DNA of 64,000 bases from Candidatus Latescibacterota bacterium (GCA_965217585.1 OZ244561.1:6688001-6752000), one strand, 5' to 3'; counted from the first letter of the stretch, positions 8,364 through 18,437 are shown. The notes: generated from the letters alone by a model not told the origin. Program-made: numbers and translations.

Positions 8364-10340
8364 TCACGACGGAAACGGCACGGGAATCCCATCGCCGTGC
8401 CACGGAAAGGCGTAGCTTGGCGTATTGCAGAAGCGGTCTAACCCGGCTCCGACGCGAATCGCCGTTGACGGCGGCAGTTCCACCGAGAAGTACTTCCCTT
8501 CTACAGCAGCTACAACCTCGCCATCCTTCCCTGCCGCGCGGTATTTGAGCTGCGTGAAGCGGTGCTCGCCAAAGGCACCAGCCTGCACAATGAGGCGGCG
8601 CGTCTCGTGCCGCGACGTGTTGACGAGTTGGATGCCGACCACGGCCGGTCCTAGTTCATCCACCAAGGCAGCCACGTCTAGGGGTAGCCCCGGACGCAGG
8701 CGGTCGGCGTCGAAGTAGCGCACCGTAGCGCGCAGCAGGCCGCCGTTATAGACCGACTGCGGCGCTCCCAACGCCACTTGGGTCAAGCCCTTGGTCAACA
8801 CCGGCTGCGACGGGAGTCGATTAGTCGCAATGATCTCCAAGGGACTGCGTTCGTCGGCGCGCATGGCCTCGTAGGTCTCCAAGGCCTGCTGGTACTCTGC
8901 CCGCAGAATCTGCTCCGGCCAGCCCGGGTTCTTGCCATCGTAGTACTGAAAGCGGGCGAATTCGGTATTGCCCCAGTTTTTCTCGCCCAAGGATGCGCCT
9001 ACGTCGTTCCAGTCGCGCTCCACGTCCCCATCGCGCACCAAGGTAATCAGCTCGTAGTCCTCTCGGGCCATAGAGGCGTGGTACAGGTGCATGATGTCCT
9101 GGCCCCGCAGCGGGGTGGGTTCCAGCCAGTAGCCCCGCATCTCAATGCCGTCGCTTACGTGCAACCCCGGCGCCGGATTCCAGTCCCAGCCGTCCGGCCC
9201 GTAGCGCACCGGTACGAGGAACTGCCCGTCCTCACGCTTCCTGCCGTTATCGACTTGCAGCTTGATTTGCGAGCGCAAAAAATCGAGGTAGCCGCTGTCG
9301 CCGGTGAGCAGTTGGGCGCATTCGACCGCGATGTTGATGCCGTGGAACATGATGTTGTAGCCCTGGTAGTGGTTCCAGCCGTACTGGCCGCCCCACCACA
9401 CGCCCTCGCGTCCCCCACCGATGACGCCTTTGGCATCGACATTGTCCGGGCAGATACCACCGTTTTTCTCCGTGCGCTCCATCCACGCTTCTGTGTAGTC
9501 GAGGACCCACTGTTTGTACTTGTTGTCGCCGGTGTACAGATAGGCATTGGCCACCAGCGCGGTGGCCGCCAAGCTGTTGGGCGTGTCGCACTGCAAGACG
9601 AGGCGGTCGAACAGATCGACGATCTGCTTGCGCCGCGCTGGATTTTCAAACCAGCGAGTCTCCAAGTTTTTGACGATGGGATACAGACTGGCGCGCACTC
9701 CGTAGTAGTTGGCCTGGCCCCCCAGACCGCGCCCGGCCAGCAGCATGGTGTTGGCGTATTCCGCGTCCGCGTGGAGCTTGGGGCCCTGGCTCGAATGGAA
9801 GGGCGAGCGCAGGATGCGGTATTGGGGATCCCAGTTGGGGGCTTGGGGATCCTCGCCGATGAACATGGCCGCAAAGCTCCGCGACCGCCGCATGTTTTCC
9901 GATACCGTGGGGTCGGCCACCCCAAAGTCGTAAAAGGCCATATTGCCCTCGCCCAAGTGGTGCCACTCCATGGCTTGTTCGAGGTTCCAAAATTCGTTGT
10001 GGATGGACGGCCGGAAGACCTTCTTATGGTCGTTGTAGCGCGTGCGGTGATTGATGCGCTCGTCGCTGATGCGGGTGACTGCGTTCCAGTTGCGGAAGTG
10101 GAGGTCGAGTAAATCGTCGGCCGCGCCAATCGCGTAGAACAGGCCAAAGTTGTATAGCTGTTCGTAGAGATCATCGACATCCTCGGCCAACAAGGTGCCG
10201 CCGCCGCGCTCAAAGTACTGCCGGGCGAACAGGCGACCCGACTCCTCCATTAGTGCGATCAAATTTCGCTCCATCAAGGCCCATGCCGGCGGGGCCGCAA
10301 CCTCGGTCGCCTCAATCTTGGTCATACTATTTGCTATCAT
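8364..10340 (-). CDS. Conserved hypothetical protein, probable (alpha/alpha)-barrel enzyme
   Basis: 658-aa ORF with SD GGAGG; Trp/Gly-rich motifs (DDLYE, EWHHLGEG, WWGGQYGW). Confidence 0.75.
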   Translation of the reverse strand: MIANSMTKIEATEVAAPPAWALMERNLIALMEESGRLFARQYFERGGGTLLAEDVDDLYEQLYNFGLFYAIGAADDLLDLHFRNWNAVTRISDERINHRTRYNDHKKVFRPSIHNEFWNLEQAMEWHHLGEGNMAFYDFGVADPTVSENMRRSRSFAAMFIGEDPQAPNWDPQYRILRSPFHSSQGPKLHADAEYANTMLLAGRGLGGQANYYGVRASLYPIVKNLETRWFENPARRKQIVDLFDRLVLQCDTPNSLAATALVANAYLYTGDNKYKQWVLDYTEAWMERTEKNGGICPDNVDAKGVIGGGREGVWWGGQYGWNHYQGYNIMFHGINIAVECAQLLTGDSGYLDFLRSQIKLQVDNGRKREDGQFLVPVRYGPDGWDWNPAPGLHVSDGIEMRGYWLEPTPLRGQDIMHLYHASMAREDYELITLVRDGDVERDWNDVGASLGEKNWGNTEFARFQYYDGKNPGWPEQILRAEYQQALETYEAMRADERSPLEIIATNRLPSQPVLTKGLTQVALGAPQSVYNGGLLRATVRYFDADRLRPGLPLDVAALVDELGPAVVGIQLVNTSRHETRRLIVQAGAFGEHRFTQLKYRAAGKDGEVVAAVEGKYFSVELPPSTAIRVGAGLDRFCNTPSYAFPWHGDGIPVPFPS

Positions 10341-10480
10341 CGCCCACTACCTCCTATGCGCGGGAAAGGGTCGGACGTAATTCTAGGCGGCAGCCCATGC
10401 GCAGGCAAGCGGTTCGTTTTCAGCCGCTAGCGCGTTGGTCCGCTTGGCCGCTCCAGATGCATCCTTTACCTTAAAACTCC

Positions 10481-11266
10481 ATGAACAGTAACGACTATCT
10501 ACACGCCCTCTTCGGCTGCCAAGGCCGCAAAGCCATCGTCACAGGTGCCTCCAGCGGCTTAGGAGCCGAAATGGCTCGCGTCCTCGTCTCGGCGGGTGCC
10601 GACGTCCTCGCCGTCGCCCGCCGCCAAGAGCGCCTCGAAGCGCTAGCCAACGAATTACAAGACCGCGCCGGAACCATCCATCCACACTCGGCTGACCTAA
10701 GCGACAGCACCGCCATCGCCTCCCTACCCGAGCAGGCGCGCGAGCAACTCGGCGGCTGCGATATCTTGGTTGCCAATGCCGGCACAGCCACCCGCGTCCG
10801 CCTCGAAGATATGGCCGAGCAAGACTTTGCCCGCGTCGTCGATTTCAATCTCAAAGCCCAGTGGCTACTCGCCAAAGCCTGCTTTCCCTTGCTCCGCCAA
10901 TCTGAAGCCGGCCGCATCGTCAATATCGCCTCGATCTACGGCTTGGGGGCCTCGGTAATCAACGGCCTGAGTGCCTACACCGTCAGCAAACACGGGCTCG
11001 TGGGGCTGACGCGCTCGCAGGCAGTGGAATGGAGCAGACACGGCATCACTGCAAACGCCATCGCTCCTAGCTATTTCCCCACCGAAATGACCGAGACCGC
11101 CCTCGATAACGAGAAGATGAGTTCCCGCCTGCGTGCCTTTACTCCGCAAGGGCGCTTCGGTCAGCCCGCAGAGCTAGCCACCGCCCTGCTCTTTTTGTGC
11201 TCAGAGGCCAGTGGCTACGTCAATGGGGTCGTCGTGCCGGTGGACGGCGGCTGGACGGCGTGGTGA
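10481..11266 (+). CDS. Short-chain dehydrogenase/reductase
   Basis: TGASSGLG, NAG, YTVSK catalytic motif, VDGG. Confidence 0.95.
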   Translation: MNSNDYLHALFGCQGRKAIVTGASSGLGAEMARVLVSAGADVLAVARRQERLEALANELQDRAGTIHPHSADLSDSTAIASLPEQAREQLGGCDILVANAGTATRVRLEDMAEQDFARVVDFNLKAQWLLAKACFPLLRQSEAGRIVNIASIYGLGASVINGLSAYTVSKHGLVGLTRSQAVEWSRHGITANAIAPSYFPTEMTETALDNEKMSSRLRAFTPQGRFGQPAELATALLFLCSEASGYVNGVVVPVDGGWTAW

Positions 11267-11277
11267 GCGGAATTCGC

Positions 11278-12672
11278 ATGACGCCTGAGCAAATCATAGC
11301 CCTAGTCGCAACCGGTGAGTCCGAGACACTGGAGTTCAAGGAGACTACCCGAAGACGCCGCGAAGCAGCCCAAACGATGTGCGCCATGCTTAACCATCGC
11401 GGTGGGCGCGTCCTTTTCGGCGTCACGCCGGAAGGATCTGCACTCGGCCAGCAAGTGAGCGACCACACGCTCGAAGAAGTGAGTGCAGAGATCCAGGAGA
11501 TCGAACCGCCGGTATTTCCGGTAGTAGAGCGGGTTCCCGTGGAGGACGGCCGAGAAGTGGTCGTAGTAAACGTCAATCAAGGTCCTATGAAGCCTTATAA
11601 CTACAGGGGAATCGCCTACCGTCGGGTTGGAAATACCAACTTGAAGATGTCGCCCGACGAGTACAACCAGATGCTGTTTGAACGGATGCACAGCGAGCAA
11701 CGCTGGGAAAATCAGCCCGCTACCGGATGGTCGGTCAGCGACCTCGACGTAACTGAGATTGGGCGCACGATTGAGGAGGCGATTCGCCGAGGGCGTGTCA
11801 AGGATCCGGGCACTCGTGAACCCGAGGCATTATTGCAGGGCCTCAGTTTGATCAAAGATGGCGAATTGTTGCGGGCCGCGGTCGTATTGTTCGGAAGCAC
11901 CGACCGGATCGAAGCTGAGATGCCTCAGTGCCTGCTCCGGGTCGCCCGTTTTCGTGGAACCGCCCGCACGGAATTTCTCGACAATCGACAGTTTCGCGGC
12001 AACGCTTTCGTGCTGCTCGCAAGTGCAGAGCGTTTTATGCTCGAAAACCTGCCAGTAGCCGGCCGCATTGTCCCGGATCTCTTCGAGCGGATCGATGACC
12101 CACTCTATCCGCCTGCGGCGTTGCGCGAGGCACTGGCGAATGCGTTCTGCCACCGGGATTATGCGATCGGCGGCGGCTCGGTAGCCACTGCAATATACGA
12201 CGACTGCTTGGAGGTAACCTCAACGGGCTCGTTGCATTTTGGACTGACCCCAGAGAAGTTGTTTGCTCCACACGAATCGCTGCCTTGGAATCCTCTAATC
12301 GCTGATGTGTTTTACCGACGCGGCATCATTGAGCGATGGGGGATCGGCACGATCAATATGGTAAAGTGGACGACGGCTGCCGGCCTGCCACAACCCGAGA
12401 TCGAGGATACCTCTGGTTGCGTGACGGTGCGCTTTCGGCCCAACCGAAATGTGATGCCTCAGCGCGTTGAGAGGGACCTGACCGAGCGGCAACAAGCGAC
12501 GCTAGCCCTGCTGGATCAGGCTGGTCGAGGGCTAGCACTGCGCGAGATATACGCACAACTAAAGCCGCTGGCCAGCGAGCGGCAGGTGCGAGAAGACTTG
12601 GCTATTCTGAGGACGCTTGGGCTGGTCGAGCCCACGGGACATGGGCGAGGAGCACGGTGGAACCGCCTGTAA
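11278..12672 (+). CDS. Schlafen/AlbA_2 domain protein with HATPase_c_4 (RecG-C-like) and wHTH domains
   Basis: GESETLEFKE..AMLN..GG..LFGV; YPPAALREALANAFCHRDY; IERWGIG; C-terminal HTH; ATG at 11278. Confidence 0.9.
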   Translation: MTPEQIIALVATGESETLEFKETTRRRREAAQTMCAMLNHRGGRVLFGVTPEGSALGQQVSDHTLEEVSAEIQEIEPPVFPVVERVPVEDGREVVVVNVNQGPMKPYNYRGIAYRRVGNTNLKMSPDEYNQMLFERMHSEQRWENQPATGWSVSDLDVTEIGRTIEEAIRRGRVKDPGTREPEALLQGLSLIKDGELLRAAVVLFGSTDRIEAEMPQCLLRVARFRGTARTEFLDNRQFRGNAFVLLASAERFMLENLPVAGRIVPDLFERIDDPLYPPAALREALANAFCHRDYAIGGGSVATAIYDDCLEVTSTGSLHFGLTPEKLFAPHESLPWNPLIADVFYRRGIIERWGIGTINMVKWTTAAGLPQPEIEDTSGCVTVRFRPNRNVMPQRVERDLTERQQATLALLDQAGRGLALREIYAQLKPLASERQVREDLAILRTLGLVEPTGHGRGARWNRL

Positions 12673-12710
12673 ATCAAAATTATGGCTTATTCACAGGCCA
12701 AGTGGAAGGA

Positions 12711-12794
12711 GTAATTCAGCAGCGGTTAGATTTTAACCGCTGCTGAATTACTGACCCGCCCTTGTCCCAACGTTACAGCAGGACAAGGGCGGGT
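12711..12794. repeat. Two adjacent perfect inverted repeats (18-bp and 14-bp arms)
   Basis: GTAATTCAGCAGCGGTTA-gattt-TAACCGCTGCTGAATTAC (12711-12751); ACCCGCCCTTGTCC...GGACAAGGGCGGGT (12754-12794). Confidence 0.9.
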
Positions 12795-13330
12795 TAGATT
12801 TTAACCCTTAACAGGACATGACACAATACGTGCCGGTTGCGCTACTGAACGACAGAGAAACGCTTTCTGATTGGACTAAGCCTGATTTTCGGCCTCGCCG
12901 TTGTGATTCTGCTGAACAATTCGTGCGCCGGGATAACCCCCACGCTAATCATCGAAACAACGCCGTGCAGTGATGTGAACGTAGAAGGGACGTGAGGGCG
13001 CGAACATAGCTCCGGCAATGTGCAAGCCGTAGGCATATCCCGTCTGCGGGGGTGTGTTGTTCTTCTCAGTTACGTTACTCTCGATTCGGATGGGGAGCTA
13101 CTCGAAGAGAGTAGCCAGCTACATTCCATCATCAGCGTAGAGCAGTATTCTGATTGGACGCGTTACACCCCTATGCGTTTAGAGAGCGGACAGGATACGC
13201 TCGAAAGTGTAGGTGTGGAGATTCTGTCAGACGGTGCGCTTATGCTCTGAACTGAACGCTTTGAGAGACATGAGTAATAGAATACGAGCATTAGTTAAAT
13301 TTTAACTCTTCACTGAACAGAAGCATCATT

Positions 13331-13530
13331 ATGATGCAGCTACTTGAAAATAAAGGTGTTGGCTTATTATGGCTTATTATGGCTTATTCACGGCCAATAT
13401 GATGCAACTACTTGAAAATAAAGGTGTTGGCTTATTATGGCTTATTATGGCTTATTCACGGCTTATTATGGCTTATTCACGGCTTATTATGGCTTATTCA
13501 CGGCCAATACGATGCAACTGCTTGAAAATG
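13331..13530. repeat. Nested tandem repeat array
   Basis: Long unit starting ATGATGCARCTACTTGAAAAT at 13331, 13399 and 13509 (partial), with internal GGCTTATTAT / GGCTTATTCAC subunits. Confidence 0.95.
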
Positions 13531-13555
13531 CCATTCACCACTGAAAGTTGACACT

Positions 13556-13669
13556 ATGAAAAAGCGCATCCTCGACCGCACGGGCCTAACCGTGGGCGAA
13601 CTGTCGCTCGGCGGGCTTTTCGTCTCGTCGTATGGCGCGACCTTTGAACAGAGCAAGCAGGCCCGCTAG
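13556..13669 (+). pseudogene. Aldo/keto reductase N-terminal remnant
   Basis: MKKRILDRTGLTVGELSLGGLFVSSYG...* is a typical AKR start, truncated at 37 aa. Confidence 0.7.
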
Positions 13670-13769
13670 CAGTCCTCCTGGTAGTGGTCGGTGGCCTGTG
13701 CCGATCCCCGCCCACAGGGCCGAGGGGGTTGAGCCTGATCACTGGCCACTGGCTACTAACCACTGCCTC

Positions 13770-14486
13770 TCAGACCGGCGGCGCTTCCAGAAAAACGCGC
13801 ACCCCCATATCGGTATAGCGCGACCGGCTCTCGGCCGTGCCATTGCGGAAACAGACTGCGGTATCCGTGCCCTGCAAGGCTTCGACCACGTGGCGCACGC
13901 AATCGTCAACGCTTTTGAGCTGGGGATGGCCTCGGTGATTTAGGTCCATTTGCAGGTCGGTAGGCCCAAAAGAGAGGCAATCAACCCCAGGCCGAGCCAA
14001 ATTGAATGCACTGGTCGCGGCCGCCACCGATTCGACTTGCAGCCACAGCACCCCGTACTGGTTCCACCAATCCGCATACGCTTGGGGGCCGCTGCTCGTA
14101 TCGCCGACGCGGGCACCGCCGCCGTGGCTGCGCACCCCTTGCGGCAAGTAATAGAAATTGGCCACGGCCTCCTCAGCGGTCGCCACGGTCTCTACCTGGG
14201 GCACTTCGATCCCCGCAGGCCCCAAGTCCAAGCAGTTGCCGATTAGGTAGGTGTGACGGGTGTGCTTGATGCGAAAGTGCAGCGGCAAGTCGAACTCCCC
14301 AATCATGCCCGCCAACGCGACCAAGCGGTCTTCGCTATAGGGCGAATGCTGGCTATCGACAAAGACAAAATCGCACGCGCCCAACTCGGCGATTCGCTTT
14401 AATGCGTCGCGCTCGATATCGCCGCGGATGCCAAACCCCACCACCATTTCGCCCCGCTTGATCTTCTGCTTCAAATTCGCTGCCAT
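13770..14486 (-). CDS. HpcH/HpaI aldolase family protein
   Basis: DFVFVDSQH, LDLGPAGIEVPQVET, QVES, GPTDL. Confidence 0.9.
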   Translation of the reverse strand: MAANLKQKIKRGEMVVGFGIRGDIERDALKRIAELGACDFVFVDSQHSPYSEDRLVALAGMIGEFDLPLHFRIKHTRHTYLIGNCLDLGPAGIEVPQVETVATAEEAVANFYYLPQGVRSHGGGARVGDTSSGPQAYADWWNQYGVLWLQVESVAAATSAFNLARPGVDCLSFGPTDLQMDLNHRGHPQLKSVDDCVRHVVEALQGTDTAVCFRNGTAESRSRYTDMGVRVFLEAPPV

Positions 14487-14522
14487 GCTCGTATCTCCTT
14501 TAAGAGAGTGCCAACGCCTCGG

Positions 14523-15407
14523 TTAAGCGTATAGCCCGAATACGCTAGCCGCCAACCAGAGCAGGGTGTTGATCTGCAAAGGTCGATCACTCCAGACGAC
14601 TGCCGTCGGGTCGCCCCCTTGCCCCCGGTGGTACACTAGATAGAGATAGCGCAACACGCCGTAGAGCACAAAAGGGATCGTCCACTGCAGTCGCGCGTCT
14701 TCTGCATCGCCCACCCCCATCGCGTACAGCACGTAGCAGACCATGGTCACGGCAGTGAGCGCGGCAATCATTTGATCGAGAAAAGGCACGCTGTATTCTT
14801 CGAGGATGGCGCGGTGATCCGCGGCCGCATCCGCCAGTTGCACGATCTCCTGTCGGCGCTTGACTACAACCACGAAGAGCACGAGTGCGAAGATACAGAC
14901 GATAAACCAAGTGGAAATAGATACCTCGATGACTAGACCGCCGCCAACGGCGCGCAGCAGATAACACGCGGCCACGATCAGCACATCCACCAATACCACG
15001 TGTTTGAGCCGGAGAGAGTACGCCGCGTTGAGCACCGCATAGAGCGCGGCCACCCACCCCAAATGAGGGTGCAGCCAAAACGCGCAAGCCAGTGCAAGGA
15101 CCAACGCGACCAAAGCCGCCCCCCAAGCTAACGCGACCGACAGATGGCCGGCGGCAATCGGCCGGTGGCACTTCTCGGGATGCAGGCGGTCGTACTGCCG
15201 GTCGAAGATGTCGTTGAACAAATAGACGCCCCCGCTCAGTAGGACGAAGCAGAGGGCCGCCCCTAAGCTGCGTACTAGGTAGGGAATTTCAAAGAGATGT
15301 TCGGAAAATACGAGGGCAGGTAAGACGAAGACATTCTTGATCCACTGCCGGGGACGCATGGACCACAGGATGTAGTAGAGCGACAAAACGGGGCTATGCT
15401 TTGGCAC
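14523..15407 (-). CDS. UbiA-family decaprenyl-phosphate phosphoribosyltransferase-like protein
   Basis: RPRQWIKN, NDIFD...D..HP.K..RPIAAG, multiple TM segments. Confidence 0.9.
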   Translation of the reverse strand: MPKHSPVLSLYYILWSMRPRQWIKNVFVLPALVFSEHLFEIPYLVRSLGAALCFVLLSGGVYLFNDIFDRQYDRLHPEKCHRPIAAGHLSVALAWGAALVALVLALACAFWLHPHLGWVAALYAVLNAAYSLRLKHVVLVDVLIVAACYLLRAVGGGLVIEVSISTWFIVCIFALVLFVVVVKRRQEIVQLADAAADHRAILEEYSVPFLDQMIAALTAVTMVCYVLYAMGVGDAEDARLQWTIPFVLYGVLRYLYLVYHRGQGGDPTAVVWSDRPLQINTLLWLAASVFGLYA

Positions 15408-15427
15408 AACCGGAGAGCAGAGGCCGT

Positions 15428-15988
15428 TTAGACCTCCATGATCTCCTTTTCCTTGTTCTCGATGATCCTGTCAATGGAGGCTACGTATTCAGCGGTCAAC
15501 TCCTGCACCCTTTTCTGCGCGCTGCGCGACTCGTCTTCAGAGATGTCCCCGTCCTTTTGAGCTTGCTGGAGCAGGTCTATCCCGTCGCGCCGCGCATGTC
15601 GCACTGCGACCCGCCCCTCCTCGGCTCGGTGCCGGGCGACTTTGGTGATTTCCACCCGCCGCTCCTCGGTCAGTTCGGGAATGGGCAGCCGGATGAGGGT
15701 GCCGTCGTTGGCCGGATTAAGGCCCAAGCTCTTGTCGGCGAGGATGGCCCTTTCAATCACGGGAATCAGGGCGGCCTCCCAAGGCTTGATCGCCAACAAG
15801 CGCGGCTCGGGGACGCTGATCGTCGCCACCTGGTTGAGCGCCGTCTGTTGGCCGTAGTAATCCACCCGCACGTTGTCGAGCATGGCGGCCGAGGCCCGCC
15901 CCGTGCGGATAGATGATAAGTCGCGGCGCAGAGACTCGATGGCCTTATCCATGCTCTCTTTTACTTCTTCAATGATCTCTTCCAACAT
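15428..15988 (-). CDS. frr: Ribosome recycling factor
   Basis: IRTGRA, PELTEERR, ISEDE motifs. Confidence 0.97.
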   Translation of the reverse strand: MLEEIIEEVKESMDKAIESLRRDLSSIRTGRASAAMLDNVRVDYYGQQTALNQVATISVPEPRLLAIKPWEAALIPVIERAILADKSLGLNPANDGTLIRLPIPELTEERRVEITKVARHRAEEGRVAVRHARRDGIDLLQQAQKDGDISEDESRSAQKRVQELTAEYVASIDRIIENKEKEIMEV

Positions 15989-16006
15989 GGCGGCCCCAAT
16001 GTGTTT

Positions 16007-16609
16007 TTAGGCGTCTTCTCCCAAGACAAACCGCTCAAAGCGCCGCACGGTAATCTTCTCGCCGATTTTGGCGGTTATCTCGGTGACTAATTCGCCAATG
16101 GTCTGGTCGGGATTCTTGACGAAGACCTGTTCCATCAGGCAATTTTCCTGATAGAACTTCTCCATGCGGCCCTCGACGATTTTTTCGGCAATGTGCTCGG
16201 GCTTGCCCTCGTTTTTGGCCTGTTCGAGGTAGATGGCCCGCTCCCTTTCCACGGCGTCGGCGAGAACGCCCTCCCGGTCGACCGCCAAAGGCTGGGAGGC
16301 GGCAATGTGCATAGCCACGTCCTTGGCAAAGGCCTGGAAGTCGTCGGTGCGGGCGACGAAGTCGGTTTCGCAGTTGACCTCTAGTAGCACGCCGAGGCGG
16401 CTGCCCTGGTGAATATACGCTTGGATCAGCCCTTCGCTGGCGTCGCGGCCAGCTCGCTTTTCCACGGCGGACAGGCCCTGCTTGCGCAAGTACTCAATGG
16501 CCTTTTCGCTGTCGCCGCCGGTCTCTTGCAGGGCCTTCTTGCAATCCATCATGCCCAAGCCCGTCTTCTGCCGGAGCATTCGTACGCTTTGTGCGGTAAT
16601 CTGAGTCAT
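16007..16609 (-). CDS. tsf: Elongation factor Ts
   Basis: GMMDCKKAL, EVNCETDFVA. Confidence 0.98.
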   Translation of the reverse strand: MTQITAQSVRMLRQKTGLGMMDCKKALQETGGDSEKAIEYLRKQGLSAVEKRAGRDASEGLIQAYIHQGSRLGVLLEVNCETDFVARTDDFQAFAKDVAMHIAASQPLAVDREGVLADAVERERAIYLEQAKNEGKPEHIAEKIVEGRMEKFYQENCLMEQVFVKNPDQTIGELVTEITAKIGEKITVRRFERFVLGEDA

Positions 16610-16640
16610 CGTCGTTTGCTCTCAAAAGTAGTTGATCTGT

Positions 16641-17426
16641 CTATGCTGTGGCCTCGGCCACAGCCGGGGCCTCTTCGGCTTCTTTGGTCTCTACGGCCTC
16701 TTCGGTCCCTTGCTTGTCGTCGCGGGCTGCCCTCTCGGCCTCGGCCTCGGCCTTGCCCTCAATCGCCGCGTCGGCGATGAGGCGCGTGATGAGACCGATT
16801 GAGCGGATGGCATCGTCGTTACCGGGGATTGGATAAGTCACCAAGTCGGGATCGCAGTTGGTATCGACGATGGCCACTGAGGGAATGCCTAGCTTGGCCG
16901 CCTCGCGCACTGCGATGTGCTCCTTCTTGATGTCTATGATAAAGACCAAGCCGGGCAGGCCGCCCATGTTGCGGATGCCGGCCAAGGTTCGCTGGAGCCG
17001 GGCGCGCTCTTTTTCGAGCAGCAGGACTTCTTTTTTCTTGAGGTTCTCGTAGGTACCGTCGGTCGAGATGCGGTCGAGATGCTCTAGGTGCCGGATACTC
17101 TGGCGGATGGTCTGCCAGTTGGTCAGCATCCCGCCGAGCCAGCGCTCGGTGACGTGAAACATGCCGCAGCGCTCGGCCTCCTGCCGCACGAGATCAGCGG
17201 CCTGTTTCTTCGTGCCGACAAAGAACACGGCGCGCCCGGCGCGGACTGTCTGGCGCACGGCTTCGCAAGCGGCTTCGACCTTGCCAACCGTCTTTTGCAG
17301 GTCGATGATGTGGATGCCGTTGCGCTCGGTGAAGATGTAGGGACGCATTTTGGGGTTCCAACGCCGGGTCTGGTGCCCGAAGTGGGTCCCGGCTTCCAGC
17401 AAATCGCGGATGGTGAAGTCAGCCAT
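16641..17426 (-). CDS. rpsB: 30S ribosomal protein S2
   Basis: [26 protein letters not shown]. Confidence 0.98.
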   Translation of the reverse strand: MADFTIRDLLEAGTHFGHQTRRWNPKMRPYIFTERNGIHIIDLQKTVGKVEAACEAVRQTVRAGRAVFFVGTKKQAADLVRQEAERCGMFHVTERWLGGMLTNWQTIRQSIRHLEHLDRISTDGTYENLKKKEVLLLEKERARLQRTLAGIRNMGGLPGLVFIIDIKKEHIAVREAAKLGIPSVAIVDTNCDPDLVTYPIPGNDDAIRSIGLITRLIADAAIEGKAEAEAERAARDDKQGTEEAVETKEAEEAPAVAEATA

Positions 17427-17444
17427 GATCGCTCCTAAATGTTA

Positions 17445-17540
17445 GTTGGGCCTCCGCCTCCCTCATCTACACACAGAAGCCCCGCAGACGCCGGACGCCC
17501 ACGGGACACTCTCTGCTGTGCATCGGGAAGCGTGTGTATT
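17445..17540 (-). ncRNA. rpsB 5' leader (t44-like S2 autoregulatory RNA)
   Basis: Minus strand ACACACGC...structured GC-rich stem...GGCGGAGGCCCAAC immediately upstream of rpsB. Confidence 0.65.
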
Positions 17541-17549
17541 GGGATGAGA

Positions 17550-17942
17550 CTAGCGCTTGGAGAATTGGAAGCGCTTGCGCGCGCCGGCCAATCCGTACTT
17601 CTTGCGCTCTTTCTCGCGGGCATCGCGCATCAGAAAGCCGCCCTTCTTTAACACCTCCCGCTTCTGCGGGTCGTACTGCAGCAAGGCGCGGGCAATGCCC
17701 AGGCAGGCGGCACCGGCTTGGCCGCGCAGGCCGCCGCCACGGGTGGAAATGTGGATGTCGAAGGTGTTCCGAGTCTCGGTCAGCTCCAGAGGCTGCACGA
17801 GGATCATCTCTAGGGAATCTCGGCGCAGGTATTCGCCGACAGCGCGATCGTTCACGTAAATACTGCCATTGCCGAGCTGCAGGCGCACCCGGGCTACCGA
17901 GGTCTTTCTGCGGCCGGTCGCTTCGTAACTTTCTAAGGGCAT
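17550..17942 (-). CDS. rpsI: 30S ribosomal protein S9
   Basis: TGRRKTSVARV; ERKKYGLAGARKRFQFSKR. Confidence 0.98.
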   Translation of the reverse strand: MPLESYEATGRRKTSVARVRLQLGNGSIYVNDRAVGEYLRRDSLEMILVQPLELTETRNTFDIHISTRGGGLRGQAGAACLGIARALLQYDPQKREVLKKGGFLMRDAREKERKKYGLAGARKRFQFSKR

Positions 17943-17960
17943 GGACGCGTTGCCTTTGGC

Positions 17961-18395
17961 TTAAAGTTCGAGAGGCTGGGGGTTTTGCGCTTGGTGCCGG
18001 TGTTCGCCGCCGATATAGACGCGGAGCTTCTTGAGCTGCATCCGGCCCAACTTGGTGTGGGGCAGCATGCCCCGCACGGCCTTGCGGATTATCCGATCGG
18101 GATGCCGCTCGGCCATGCGGCTATAGGGAGTAACCCGCAAGCCACCTGGATAGCCGGTGTGGCGATAATAGACCTTCTTTTCGGCCTTGTTGCCCGTGAC
18201 TCGCACCTTGTCGGCATGAATCACGATGACGTGGTCGCCTACATCGGCATGCGGGACGTATTCGGGCTTGCCCTTGCCGCGCAGCACTTGGGCAATTTCC
18301 GAAGCCAGCCGCCCCAAGATCTTGTCGGTGGCATCGACCACGAACCACTGCCGCTCGATTTCGCCCCCTTTAGGGGCGTAGGTAATGTCGTTCAT
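17961..18395 (-). CDS. rplM: 50S ribosomal protein L13
   Basis: WFVVDA..LGRLA, HTGYPGG, VRGMLP. Confidence 0.98.
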   Translation of the reverse strand: MNDITYAPKGGEIERQWFVVDATDKILGRLASEIAQVLRGKGKPEYVPHADVGDHVIVIHADKVRVTGNKAEKKVYYRHTGYPGGLRVTPYSRMAERHPDRIIRKAVRGMLPHTKLGRMQLKKLRVYIGGEHRHQAQNPQPLEL

Positions 18396-18437
18396 TAGTC
18401 TTTTCTCGGATTAATTATATTAATATAGAAATGGATT

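Noticed and set aside
8778-10213. Long alternative-frame ORFs (8778..10112, 9155..10213; likewise 29879..30973, 54352..55101, 57877..58761)
   Set aside because: Shadow ORFs of real GC-rich genes with no recognisable motifs
12711-12805. Integron attC sites
   Set aside because: GTTAGAT fits GTTRRRY, but the hairpins are perfect, lack extrahelical bases and a proper RYYYAAC, and no intI is present
13331-13530. Possible CRISPR array or real 60-aa ORF (13369..13551)
   Set aside because: No unique spacers and no cas genes; the ORF is a by-product of the 21-bp repeat
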